Assembly (NCBI GenBank): GCA_963775465.1
Contig: CAVZIW010000005.1
Coordinates: forward strand, 1-47,162
Length of the DNA: 47,162 nt
Direction: 5' to 3'
Origin: Candidatus Bathyarchaeota archaeon
GTDB lineage: Archaea > Thermoproteota > Bathyarchaeia > Bathyarchaeales > Bathycorpusculaceae
Below the pieces are notes generated by a model, which was given only the letters and a program-made list of their open reading frames with translations, was not told the origin of the DNA and did not search any database. Position numbers and translations under genes: made by a program. This document shows, in pieces, positions 9,904-19,772 of this stretch (within the stretch, counting starts at the first letter, position 1; every line of letters starts with the position of its first letter).

Positions 9904-11123
9904 GTTTGGCAAGTGCCGCTTTGGATCATATGTTATCGCTCACAATCTTCATAGTTGCACTGCTCCTTTTTATTGCTCTATTCAGCAACACCATCCAAAG
10001 TGGCATTGCCTATCAACAGCATAACACTATGTCAACCAAGACTAGCGACCTCCTCGATACTATGCTGTTAAATCCTGGATTGCCATCTAACTGGTCAGTA
10101 AGTAATGGCGTGCCTATGGGTTTTGGAATGCAAGACCCTGAGTTTAGTCAATACAAACTTAGCTCTTTCTCGACTTTGCGGTTAGCCAGCGTCACCAAAA
10201 TTCCAGTTTATTATCCAAGAACGAACAACTACTATAGTAATTTGACTTCTGGTTTTGGTAGTTGCCTACTTACTCCTGTTACCCAAACAATCAATTACTC
10301 GGAGGCATCACGGTTATTGGGTATTAATGGTACATATGGTTTTCAGCTTAAACTAACTCCAACTGTGTCGATTGACATAAAGAAGACCAGTATTGGAGCA
10401 CCCTTGCAGTTTTCAGTTTCAGCAGCTGGAACAGGGTTTGTGATGGCAAACGCTAACGTGACCTACAATCTGATTCTGGTTAGCCAAGAAGGTTCCGAAT
10501 ATCCATCCTATAGTATTGTAAGTGGAAATGTGCAAGCTAACGAGGCGGGCATGGTGTCAGTTACTTTTAGTGGCGTGGACGGAGAAAGCCGTGCCTATGC
10601 GCTTATTGTCTATAGCTACCTATATGGACTCGTGGGTGTGGGGTACTTTGTGCATATGCCACAAGGGTTCACAGATACTATCATTCCGATGGTGGATAAC
10701 TTCGAGAACCGGACCATTGCTTTGGTCCATAGTGATTCTATTGGGGGGTTCCAAAATCCTGCTTATCGTCAGCTTAGCTACAACTCAACATTCGTAATCT
10801 TGACCGAGGAGTACAAGTTACGCGAAGTCATTTTAGATCAGACCAGTGCCACATCAAAAATAGATGTTAACCAACCTTTTGCATCGCTGGTTGTGCCTAA
10901 TAACGCAGGTATCTTAATTGTCGCTTACAAAGGTTCAGCGGCAGGCGAGGTTGGGTTGCTTTTGGTGCCTTGGGGTCTTGGTGCTCTGGCGTATCCCATA
11001 ACATTTGGTGGTGAATCTGGGGTACATAATTGGGTTACTACAGACATTCGCCAAGTAACTATAGGCGGTTTAGCCTATCAGGCGCAACTGGCGCTTTGGA
11101 ATTTGCAGGGGAATTCTGCATGA
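9900..11123 (+). CDS. Minor pilin-like / pilus accessory protein
   Basis: Single N-terminal hydrophobic helix (LDHMLSLTIFIVALLLF), PG.P.NW motif, 4-nt overlaps with both neighbours. Confidence 0.7.
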   Translation: MSLASAALDHMLSLTIFIVALLLFIALFSNTIQSGIAYQQHNTMSTKTSDLLDTMLLNPGLPSNWSVSNGVPMGFGMQDPEFSQYKLSSFSTLRLASVTKIPVYYPRTNNYYSNLTSGFGSCLLTPVTQTINYSEASRLLGINGTYGFQLKLTPTVSIDIKKTSIGAPLQFSVSAAGTGFVMANANVTYNLILVSQEGSEYPSYSIVSGNVQANEAGMVSVTFSGVDGESRAYALIVYSYLYGLVGVGYFVHMPQGFTDTIIPMVDNFENRTIALVHSDSIGGFQNPAYRQLSYNSTFVILTEEYKLREVILDQTSATSKIDVNQPFASLVVPNNAGILIVAYKGSAAGEVGLLLVPWGLGALAYPITFGGESGVHNWVTTDIRQVTIGGLAYQAQLALWNLQGNSA

Positions 11124-12427
11124 TTCGAACCATTGAAGTACTTTTTGTCATCATTATCCTTTCAGGTGCGTTTATCGCCGCCAGTTATTTTGCTATTTTA
11201 CCCTCGCCACGTGAGGTTTCTCCAGTTAACCTGCGACGCCTTTCTTTCACAACTCTTCAAATGCTTGACTCTAACTACGACTTGAGTCGGGCTACCTTTG
11301 AGACCGATAATGCTGAGGTTTGGGGAGGTCTACAAGTAGCGATTTCCGCTTCGCTGCCTTCTAACGTAATTTATAATTTAACGGTATATGACATCAATGA
11401 TGAAGGTGAACAGCTCTACCAGTTTGTGGATTCTATTTCAAACTCCCAAAGTATGGTTGCAACCAGTGATGTCTCCTCCTATACCGTAGCTTCCTCTAAC
11501 GTGACTTTTAACGTGACACCCCAGAAAATCGGAGAATCCAGCGGTAGTACACTGTACATACTTAACTGTAGCGACGCCAACGGTTGGTGGATTACCGGCT
11601 ACACAGCGCAAACATTGGCTCAGGACCTCTATGATTTGCTCTCTCCTTACTTTGTCCATACAGTTATGATACAAAGCACAAATCAACTTGCGCAAATCTT
11701 GAGTGGTTCGCCGCTTCAGGGCGAGACATTGCAGAACGCTGTGATAATAAATACCTGCGGAGAAGCCGTTCCAATACCAAGTGCCTTCTGTCAGTCTCCA
11801 TATTCTCAGAATTCTTATGCTTACTATAGCTACTATCTAGGTCAACGAGTAAACCAGTACAATTGGACCTGGGCAAGTATAGTTGGCTATCCATTCTATT
11901 ATGTAAGCAACACTGCTGCATTTGCTAACCAGCAGAACACTTTCGGCATCTACGGAATGCAGAGTACTGGACCAGCGGGGTCACGGGCGTTTTTGGAGGG
12001 CCTCAACAACCAAGCTTATGCCTACAACAGTAACGGTATCTCTGACAGTGCAGATCGCCAAGTCACTTTTACTCAAAACGTTCAGGACAGCTGCAACTAC
12101 TATGGCATTTATCCCTCTTCCTCGCAGACTTCCACACGGGCTCTATCCAACTCAACCCTTGCAAGCTATAACCTCAAAGTTGGACTATGTGTATTCAACC
12201 CCTCAGGTGACTACCTCGCAGGCGCCCTATACAATCACTATGCGACGGGACAGCAGAATATAACGGGCTCATTTTTAGCGCTAGGGCTAACTCGAACCCC
12301 TGATATTCGAGTCACCGCTCTTAGCCTACTTTCATATTATTTACCTCGAGTTTACGCTTCCGAATTTAAAGCAACTGGAACATCTCGACTTGTTGTGTTA
12401 CAACTTGGATTAGCAGGAGGTACTTAG
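11120..12427 (+). CDS. Minor pilin-like / pilus accessory protein
   Basis: ATGA overlap at 11120-11123 defines start MIRTIEVLFVIIIL; N-terminal TM followed by a soluble domain. Confidence 0.7.
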   Translation: MIRTIEVLFVIIILSGAFIAASYFAILPSPREVSPVNLRRLSFTTLQMLDSNYDLSRATFETDNAEVWGGLQVAISASLPSNVIYNLTVYDINDEGEQLYQFVDSISNSQSMVATSDVSSYTVASSNVTFNVTPQKIGESSGSTLYILNCSDANGWWITGYTAQTLAQDLYDLLSPYFVHTVMIQSTNQLAQILSGSPLQGETLQNAVIINTCGEAVPIPSAFCQSPYSQNSYAYYSYYLGQRVNQYNWTWASIVGYPFYYVSNTAAFANQQNTFGIYGMQSTGPAGSRAFLEGLNNQAYAYNSNGISDSADRQVTFTQNVQDSCNYYGIYPSSSQTSTRALSNSTLASYNLKVGLCVFNPSGDYLAGALYNHYATGQQNITGSFLALGLTRTPDIRVTALSLLSYYLPRVYASEFKATGTSRLVVLQLGLAGGT

Positions 12428-15400
12428 ATGAATAACAAAGGTCAGTTCTCTATCATAGCTGCGCTGCTAGTAGCGGTTGTTTTGGTTGCTGCTGTTGCCA
12501 CAACCTACTCAGGTATGCGTTATGGTTCACCCGAAAAGCAACCCCAAATCCTCAGTGCCATAGATGAAACAAACCTTGGGCTAAAAGAAATCTTGGGATT
12601 CACAGTAGGGTACTACGGTTCTGTACTAAAGGTTACAGGTAACATGACCTATGCCCAACAGCTATCTACTAACTATCTAAAAAGTGGCTTAAACAATATG
12701 GGCGATGTCCATCCTGAATGGGGTGCAATCTTCAATTTGACTAATCTTGATTTGGCTGCAAGCTGGTTCACTAATAACAGCTACAGCCAAGGTAAATTAA
12801 ACGTAAACTACAACTTAACCGGGCTAGGCATCTATGGGATAAGCTATGCGACTTCAACCCGGCTAAATGTTCAAATACAGAAATCATCTGAATCGAGCCA
12901 GGCTCAGCTCATTATTTTGCGGGATGAAGGTGAGCCAATGATCAACCTCGGCAAGAGTGACCTCAAATTCTACAGCTATAATTATCAAATCTCGACGTGG
13001 AACCTAACTGCTCCCTCAAAAATTGCCTCTTATGCAAATGGCACCTACATATTAGATCTCCCACAAAATATGACAAGCAGTGCATATGTTATTCAAGTTG
13101 AGGATACGCGAGGACTTATGGTTTTAGCTTCCTCTTACACCCAATTTGTCACTACGATGCTTTGGAACAGCACGGCTTATCGCGAAGGCGTAGACTACAT
13201 TGATGAAGCAAACCAAGAAGTTGTCGGAACCCACAGCAACTTTCCCGCTCAACAGGATGCTCCTAACGAAGAATATGACACCCTGACTGAAGGGGTCTTG
13301 GGAACATTCGATACAAATAATTATCCGACTAATTGGAGCCCTATCGGTTCAACTAATATCGTTGGTGGTGACCTAACGGATTTACAAAGCGACAATGCCG
13401 AATATATGCAATTAGAAAGTTATCCTACGGCCTTCTCATCATCATACAACACAATTGGTGTCGATAGCCAAAACAGTGTTGTTTTGACAAATCAAGCTAA
13501 TTCTATGTCTTGGTCTCATACGACGGGTATAGCAGGTAGTGATAAAATTTTGTTGGTATCAATTGATATTTTTCGAAGTAATAACAATCCAACTACTATA
13601 ACAAGTATAACATATGACGGAATGACTTTCACTCAGCTAGCTTCTGACCTATATAATAGTAACCCGCGAGTTCGTAGTTATGTTTTCTACATCCTTAATC
13701 CATCACCAGGGACAAAAACGATTGACGTGCATTTCGCTAGTTCGACCTATGCAATAGGCGGTTCCCTTACTTACACAAATGTTAACCAGACCCTGCCTTT
13801 TCTAGCAATTAATACATCGACGGGCTCAAGCTCAGCGGCATCTGTTGGTGTTTCAGCTTCAGGTAGCAACACCAAAGTTCTTTTTGGGCATTTAGGCTGT
13901 TATAGAACGAATAATTACTTCGTAACAGATGCTCAGACGACACATTGGTCTGAGAATAGTCAACAGTACAAAGGATTCGGAAGCGACAAAACCGTGACAA
14001 ATGGGTCAGTTTCTACATCATGGACAGCTTCTTCAACTGCAAGTTGGGTTGCAATAGGTGCTCTTCTCCAACCTACTCAAATTGGTACCTCTTTCTCTTG
14101 CAGTGCAGAATTCACGGGAGTTTCAAATATTGATGTTTGGAACAACTTAACTTGGACTATTGCTGCTTCAACCAACGTCAACGGAATAGGTGTGACCTAT
14201 CAACTTTACAATTATAATATTGGAAATTATGTAATAGTAGATGATGGTTTTCTAAACGATACGTTAGGAATATCTGATTCCTCCAAAAGTCAAACAATAT
14301 CAACCGCTTACATGAATTTTCGAGATTTAGCAGGGAACTGGAGAATAAAAGTTAATGCTACCGCAGCAACAACAGCACCGTTTTACTTAAAATTTGACTT
14401 AGTTAGATATAGCATCAATGAAAACAACTATGGTTTAAATCTTGAAGAACAATGGCTAAACATTAATTCAACAATTCTCCGCCAAGCTCTTTGCATTAAA
14501 ACTGGGAGTCTGGGATCTGAACAGTTACTTGTACAGGTTTTCCATGGGGGGTCATGGTCAACTGTGATGAGACTTGTGCCAAACTATTTCAACAATGTGT
14601 CTTTGGCTGGCTATATTGATACTTCGACGTTGACTATACGCCTTTTTGGAGGTAACGAAACAAACGACATAATCCCTGATAGTTACCAAATAGACTGTAT
14701 CTACCTTAAAGATGAACCCGACATTTCATATCTTGCAAGCCATCAACAGTCCAGTTTCACACTAGAAATGTTGCAAAACGGGACCATGCGCTGGCTGGGA
14801 CAGAACATGGATGCAACAACACAAACCATACCCATTCCACCTATACCCGTCAAAGCTATTCATGTAAACCAAACTATTGGCGATGTCAACCAAGAAGTAC
14901 CTTTCCAAATTGAAGACTGGGCATCTTCCTACCAAATTCCCTTGGGCTTAACCAGCAATACCACAGTTTTTAGTAATCGTCAAATACTTGTTTTTATTCT
15001 TGATCGACAAGTTACGGATTTCACGGTTTGGTGGGATGGGCGCGATAACGCAACCCAAACTTCAATGGGTTATACTAATCGGTACTTCACTGCCGATAAC
15101 CCATCAGCATCAACACTTAGCAACGGAAACGTTACTTTGCAATTCAATAATGGTGCAATTAAATCCACCGTCTCAGGCACAACCACCTATAGCACTGCAA
15201 CTTTTATGCGGATTAATGGTGAAGCAAGTACCTATGGCGCAGGGTTTTCTTATGTAATTCATCACGGGATTGTTCGCGATATCGTTCAAGAAGAAGCTGA
15301 ATTCAATACGGGTGCTCCCAACTGTCCCAACGTTTACGCTAACATCATCGTGACTTTGCCTGCAAACACAAACTACTACACTTATCAGCTTCGGCTTATG

Positions 15401-15904
15401 TTCACTGCAACTTCTCAGCAGCGATCACTAACAGATTTGAACCCAATCAAGTTGGTGCCTAATCCAACTGCAGTGCAGACACAGACAGAAAATGGAACTT
15501 TAATTGGTTTTCCTATAGTCGAAAATGGCACAGGTACCTTCTCTAACTTGGCAGTTAGCGGCTGGACAGAACATCACTTCAGCCAGTTCATTTCAGGAAC
15601 TGGCAAAGGTTCAGGCATCATGTTCAGAAGTATTCAGAACCAGAAGCTCTATTCTTTTGACTCCATTGCACCTCAGCACACAGGGGCTTTAAAGGCAACA
15701 GTAGGTTCACCACTAATTGAGTTTTTGCCTGTGACTTTGACTCAGGCCACTTTTAACTATGCCTATGACGTAACATGGGTAGGCGCAGTTGCTACTTTCG
15801 ATGGTTCAACGCCTATTTGTAGTCTGTATGAGAACACAACTCCAATGGGGCTATGGATTTTAGCGGAGTATCCACCCACTTTGAGTTTGATTCCTAAAAA
15901 CTAA
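12428..15904 (+). CDS. Large (1158 aa) pilin-like adhesin with class III signal peptide
   Basis: MNNKG/QFSIIAALLVAVVLV; Ser/Thr/Asn-rich, beta-rich body with many N-x-S/T sequons. Confidence 0.8.
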   Translation: MNNKGQFSIIAALLVAVVLVAAVATTYSGMRYGSPEKQPQILSAIDETNLGLKEILGFTVGYYGSVLKVTGNMTYAQQLSTNYLKSGLNNMGDVHPEWGAIFNLTNLDLAASWFTNNSYSQGKLNVNYNLTGLGIYGISYATSTRLNVQIQKSSESSQAQLIILRDEGEPMINLGKSDLKFYSYNYQISTWNLTAPSKIASYANGTYILDLPQNMTSSAYVIQVEDTRGLMVLASSYTQFVTTMLWNSTAYREGVDYIDEANQEVVGTHSNFPAQQDAPNEEYDTLTEGVLGTFDTNNYPTNWSPIGSTNIVGGDLTDLQSDNAEYMQLESYPTAFSSSYNTIGVDSQNSVVLTNQANSMSWSHTTGIAGSDKILLVSIDIFRSNNNPTTITSITYDGMTFTQLASDLYNSNPRVRSYVFYILNPSPGTKTIDVHFASSTYAIGGSLTYTNVNQTLPFLAINTSTGSSSAASVGVSASGSNTKVLFGHLGCYRTNNYFVTDAQTTHWSENSQQYKGFGSDKTVTNGSVSTSWTASSTASWVAIGALLQPTQIGTSFSCSAEFTGVSNIDVWNNLTWTIAASTNVNGIGVTYQLYNYNIGNYVIVDDGFLNDTLGISDSSKSQTISTAYMNFRDLAGNWRIKVNATAATTAPFYLKFDLVRYSINENNYGLNLEEQWLNINSTILRQALCIKTGSLGSEQLLVQVFHGGSWSTVMRLVPNYFNNVSLAGYIDTSTLTIRLFGGNETNDIIPDSYQIDCIYLKDEPDISYLASHQQSSFTLEMLQNGTMRWLGQNMDATTQTIPIPPIPVKAIHVNQTIGDVNQEVPFQIEDWASSYQIPLGLTSNTTVFSNRQILVFILDRQVTDFTVWWDGRDNATQTSMGYTNRYFTADNPSASTLSNGNVTLQFNNGAIKSTVSGTTTYSTATFMRINGEASTYGAGFSYVIHHGIVRDIVQEEAEFNTGAPNCPNVYANIIVTLPANTNYYTYQLRLMFTATSQQRSLTDLNPIKLVPNPTAVQTQTENGTLIGFPIVENGTGTFSNLAVSGWTEHHFSQFISGTGKGSGIMFRSIQNQKLYSFDSIAPQHTGALKATVGSPLIEFLPVTLTQATFNYAYDVTWVGAVATFDGSTPICSLYENTTPMGLWILAEYPPTLSLIPKN

Positions 15905-16005
15905 CATTGTTATGTATTGATATTACCGACAAAATCTTATATTGCAAGTTCATACGCTAATCCCATACAGGAGGCACACGTAACATCCAGACTCTACAGG
16001 CTGTT

Positions 16006-16803
16006 TTGATGGCATCAAGTATAGTGGTTTCTTTAGCTGTGTTTGTTTATGCATCTTGGCGGGATTATGTTTGTCGGGAAGTAAGCAATAAAGTCTGGGC
16101 CGTTTATGCACCTATCGCGTTAGCCTTAACTCTCTCCCAATTGGTTCTGTTCGATTCAAGTCTGTTGCTTCTCTACGGTTTAAGCTTTGGTGTGACCAGT
16201 GCTATTGCATTGGTGCTATTTTATACAGGTGGTTTTGGCGGAGCAGATTCCAAGGCTTTTATGTGCATCGCCCTCGCCCTGCCTTTTGCACCCATTGCTC
16301 TTTTCACACCCCTAATTGCAGAAGCTATTTCTCCTCAATCTCAGTTGCTTTTCCCTATAACAATTTTTGGAAATTCTGTGTTATTTGCAGCGGCAACTGG
16401 CATCTATATGATATTGCGTAATATTATGTGGCACAGAAAAACTAAAACCACCATGTTTGCAGGGTCTTTGAAGTCAGAGTCATGGGGAAAAAAACTCCTT
16501 ATCCTTATTACAGGTTACAAAATGAACATCGGCAAGCTCAAAGAGAAATGGCATATATTCCCCATGGAGGATATCGATGATAGTAATGCGGAAAAAAGTC
16601 GGCGCTTGATTGTGGTTCCAAATGAAGAAGGTCGAGATAAAATAGTGGAGCGCCTCTCAGACGCCGTAGCATCAGGGAAAATCGACTCTTATGTTTGGGC
16701 CACGCCAGGGTTGCCTATGTTGATTTTTGTTACATTGGGGCTTATTGTTGCTTTGGTCTTTGGTGACATGGTGTGGCTACTTGTACGCTTTATTATCGGT
16801 TAA
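16006..16803 (+). CDS. Prepilin/preflagellin peptidase (A24, FlaK/PibD-like)
   Basis: Catalytic Asp motifs SWRD...REV.N and GGAD; C-terminal VWATPGLPM. Confidence 0.92.
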   Translation: MMASSIVVSLAVFVYASWRDYVCREVSNKVWAVYAPIALALTLSQLVLFDSSLLLLYGLSFGVTSAIALVLFYTGGFGGADSKAFMCIALALPFAPIALFTPLIAEAISPQSQLLFPITIFGNSVLFAAATGIYMILRNIMWHRKTKTTMFAGSLKSESWGKKLLILITGYKMNIGKLKEKWHIFPMEDIDDSNAEKSRRLIVVPNEEGRDKIVERLSDAVASGKIDSYVWATPGLPMLIFVTLGLIVALVFGDMVWLLVRFIIG

Positions 16804-17030
16804 ACTTGAGGTAATATATTTTTGTTTTTCTTTGAATAGGAAACCGAGGCAGTGAGCATGGAAGCTGAGCCGACTCCGACAAAGGCAAGCGCAATACCCC
16901 TGTATGGGTAAGAAAGTGTCAGGCTCAGAACGGTGCCATCTCCTGCGGGCTGATAGCTATAGCAGAACATGGCAATCGAGAATAATGTTATAGATAAAAT
17001 TAATAGGCAAACCTCAACTTTAAACTTCAA
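16800..17030 (-). CDS. Small two-TM membrane protein
   Basis: Two hydrophobic helices, YPYR linker, basic tail, purine-rich RBS-like upstream sequence. Confidence 0.65.
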   Translation of the reverse strand: MKFKVEVCLLILSITLFSIAMFCYSYQPAGDGTVLSLTLSYPYRGIALAFVGVGSASMLTASVSYSKKNKNILPQV

Positions 17031-17096
17031 CTTCTGCCCTCTCCTTTCTAACCCTTGTAGCTACACCTTTAAATCAAAAGGTTATTTTAGCCTTTT

Positions 17097-17131
17097 GGAA
17101 AGAATACTTTTCTAGCGGAAAGAATACTTTT
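17097..17131 (+). repeat. 15-bp perfect direct repeat GGAAAGAATACTTTT x2 abutting the integrase stop
   Basis: 17097-17111 and 17117-17131, 5-bp spacer. Confidence 0.85.
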
Positions 17132-17132
17132 A

Positions 17133-18368
17133 TCAAGTTTTCAGTCGTCGATAAAGATGTACACCAGCGATTTCATCGTATTTGCTGTAGCCTATCTTAG
17201 CTAATGCCTCGGCTTCTTCCACTGTTGTAGCTCGTGCCGTCTCCCAATCCAAGTCGTTGAAAACCACCGTGTTAGTGTATCGATCCGTACTTACACTGGA
17301 TTTGTGTCCGAGTTTCTGCTGAACCTCTTTTTGCGGTTTTAACTGCTTAATTAGCCTATGAGCGAAGCCGTATCTGAAGGTGTGAATATGAATTAGTCTT
17401 AGTCGGTCTGCTTCTCCGGGGTTATGTCGGCAAACTTTTTTTCGTAACTTTTGGAATTGGACGGTGTGAGCGTTGGGGTTAGGGTTGAATATATACGGGT
17501 CGTACTTGCGATCTATTGATTGTATTCGGGCTATAGTTGCTTCTTGAACTTTTATTGTTCTTGCTTTGCTGCCCTTCTCAGGCATATTGATGCTGATTGT
17601 ACAGTTTGCCGTGTTAACGTCGCATCGTTTGATGTGTGCAACTTCTCCTCGTCTTGCGCCTGTGTCATGCACTGCTTGAAGGTATGCGCCAAATCTTGGA
17701 CCTGCGCTGTTAACGTAGAGTTTTAGCTCGTCAGGGGTAGCTATGAAGGCCTCTTTAGTTTCGTAGTTTACTTTGATTGGTTCCCAGAAAATCTTTAGAG
17801 CTTTGCAATAACTTAAGTATGCTTTTACTGTGTTGAATTTCTTGGAGGGTTTCTCTTTATCGTTATATTCTGGTTCAGTCGCCAGGACCGTTTCGACACT
17901 ATTGGGATTGTTGAGGTCTGCGCCTTTTGCTATGAGTTTGCTTAGCCATGAACAGTTAGTTCCTATTGTGCCGTCGCCGACGCCTTTCTTTTTCTTTCGC
18001 CAAGCGTATTCTATTAGGTTTGCTTCCTTTACACCCGCAACAGTCTTTGTTTCTGTTGCAGTCGCCAAATTTTTCGAGTTCTCCTCGCATATTCGACGCT
18101 TAGAAAGTAAGGCGCTTTGATTATTTAATTGCCACTTTAAACTTTCTTTTAATGGTTTAGGTCGGCTGGGGTCAGAGAAGCGGTGTCCATATTTCTTGCA
18201 AAACCAAAGTTGAACCACACGTCCATCAGCAAGACGGCGCACTCCATACCGGACTGTTTTAGCTAAGTGACATCGCGGGCATAGGGGGTTGGTGCTGGCG
18301 GAGTCCTCAAAATCCGACTTCCCTACAGTTTCACCAGCTTCGTCGAATATGCGGTTAACGGAAGCCAA
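17133..18368 (-). CDS. Tyrosine recombinase/integrase with N-terminal Zn-ribbon
   Basis: TGARRGEV (R), KGS (K), HTFR (H-x-x-R), LGH and TDRY (Y). TTG at 18368 follows GGGAGGGAGAGG. Confidence 0.92.
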   Translation of the reverse strand: MASVNRIFDEAGETVGKSDFEDSASTNPLCPRCHLAKTVRYGVRRLADGRVVQLWFCKKYGHRFSDPSRPKPLKESLKWQLNNQSALLSKRRICEENSKNLATATETKTVAGVKEANLIEYAWRKKKKGVGDGTIGTNCSWLSKLIAKGADLNNPNSVETVLATEPEYNDKEKPSKKFNTVKAYLSYCKALKIFWEPIKVNYETKEAFIATPDELKLYVNSAGPRFGAYLQAVHDTGARRGEVAHIKRCDVNTANCTISINMPEKGSKARTIKVQEATIARIQSIDRKYDPYIFNPNPNAHTVQFQKLRKKVCRHNPGEADRLRLIHIHTFRYGFAHRLIKQLKPQKEVQQKLGHKSSVSTDRYTNTVVFNDLDWETARATTVEEAEALAKIGYSKYDEIAGVHLYRRLKT

Positions 18369-18382
18369 CCTCTCCCTCCCCT

Positions 18383-18598
18383 TTATCTCAACCTGTCTTT
18401 CACTTTTGTATCCTCTTCTTTGATTGGTGCCTCGTAAACGGCGAGATAAACTCCCAACTCGGCTACAAACACCAAAGCCCTCACCACCGGATTCACAGCC
18501 GTATGCTCCCGCCGACAAGCCTCTGCACGTGCAACAGCTAAGACAGAACCAAAATCAACCGTACGCTCATTAGGAGAAATCACGATTGCCTTGAACAT
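18383..18598 (-). CDS. Small hypothetical protein between the Rep-like gene and the integrase
   Basis: Fills the gap between co-oriented genes, overlaps the upstream gene end and stops just before the integrase RBS. Confidence 0.55.
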   Translation of the reverse strand: MFKAIVISPNERTVDFGSVLAVARAEACRREHTAVNPVVRALVFVAELGVYLAVYEAPIKEEDTKVKDRLR

Positions 18599-19527
18599 TG
18601 AGGACACCTTCCACAACAGAAATTTAATTTACTAGCGATAACTTCTTGCAGCGTTTTTTTCGGGGTTTCAGTAACTTCCCATCTAATTTTGCGAGAACGA
18701 TCTTGCTCATGAACATAAATCCTTGCAAGCTCCCCACACCACATCTTAAAAGTGATGTTAAATGCCTCTCCACTGAACTCTTGAGCGGAATCCTTTCCAT
18801 AATGCCACATAACAACCTTCCAAACCTCAACAGCAGGAATACTCTTCTCAGTTAACTTTTCATCAACTATCCTGCATGTATTGAGAAGTTGGTTACGAAC
18901 ACCGCCGATAAATGCAGCCATGCTTACAAAACCTACGGCACTTGCCTCTACAGGGCAATTTCCACAATTTAAAACAAAAGTAACCGTCCCGTTGCAGTGT
19001 AGTGTAACTTGAACTGATTGATATTTAGACCATCCAAAAGAGCCGAAGGAAATATCTTTAGACGACACTTGTGGCGTGTATTTACCAGTACTTAAGAGAA
19101 GCTCGTAAAGCTGGTCAGCGACAAAAGCTAATCTAACATCATGAACTCTACAGAGTTCTTCCGCAGGTAAAGACTCTAGCAACGCTAAAAGATCAATCTT
19201 GACACTCCTAAGTCCGTTACCCCCCATACGGGATACTGTCATTACTTTTTTAATTTTAGACCTATCAACAGATTTCAGGTTATAAAATGCGTATCTTGAC
19301 CTACAATATAATCCGATTATTCCATGTCTATTTAGTTTACAGATGATGTTTCTTGCTGTTCCTTTTGACCGTATCCCAGCTGAATCCATTAAATCTCCCG
19401 AACAAAAAGGTCGTGTTGGATCAATCATTATCCACCTCAATGCTTTCATTTCGACCGGGGACAGCAAGCCCGTCCAATGCTCCAACCCACCCCAATGCTC
19501 CAAAGTGTCATTGTCACTGGTTACCAA
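18580..19527 (-). CDS. wHTH-containing protein, candidate replication initiator of the element
   Basis: N-terminal wHTH pattern (KGTARNIICKLNRHGII), HDVRL motif, C-terminal RIY...IRWE; AAGGTGA before TTG. Function inferred. Confidence 0.55.
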   Translation of the reverse strand: MVTSDNDTLEHWGGLEHWTGLLSPVEMKALRWIMIDPTRPFCSGDLMDSAGIRSKGTARNIICKLNRHGIIGLYCRSRYAFYNLKSVDRSKIKKVMTVSRMGGNGLRSVKIDLLALLESLPAEELCRVHDVRLAFVADQLYELLLSTGKYTPQVSSKDISFGSFGWSKYQSVQVTLHCNGTVTFVLNCGNCPVEASAVGFVSMAAFIGGVRNQLLNTCRIVDEKLTEKSIPAVEVWKVVMWHYGKDSAQEFSGEAFNITFKMWCGELARIYVHEQDRSRKIRWEVTETPKKTLQEVIASKLNFCCGRCPQCSRQS

Positions 19528-19772
19528 GCGATGTCACCTTTTTGATGGGTTCAAGAATTATGCGTTCCTTATCATCCAGCTTAACTATGAAGAGATCAGT
19601 ATTTTCTTCACCCAGCTTAAGTCTTAGCTTTTTTGGAATAACAATGATTTTCGAGTTATCAGTTAGGTATGCCTTACATGTTGTAATTATTGTCTCCATT
19701 AAGTGCATCCTCGCAATTATTGACAAAATAGATATGTTAGTTGGATACCATGGGGTATTTTGGTGGCTTCGT

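Noticed and set aside
5006-16803. Archaellum operon
   Set aside because: No archaellin, FlaH, FlaF/G or chemotaxis genes are recognisable.
17030-17135. tRNA as integration target
   Set aside because: No T-arm consensus or cloverleaf found here or at 41350-41970.
18369-18518. Longer integrase N-terminus from the ORF track
   Set aside because: Overlaps the 18383-18598 ORF, and a strong RBS precedes TTG 18368.
19353-19772. 140-aa N-terminal extension of the 516-aa ORF
   Set aside because: Overlaps the divergent Rep-like gene and its promoter region; ATG 19773 is more plausible.
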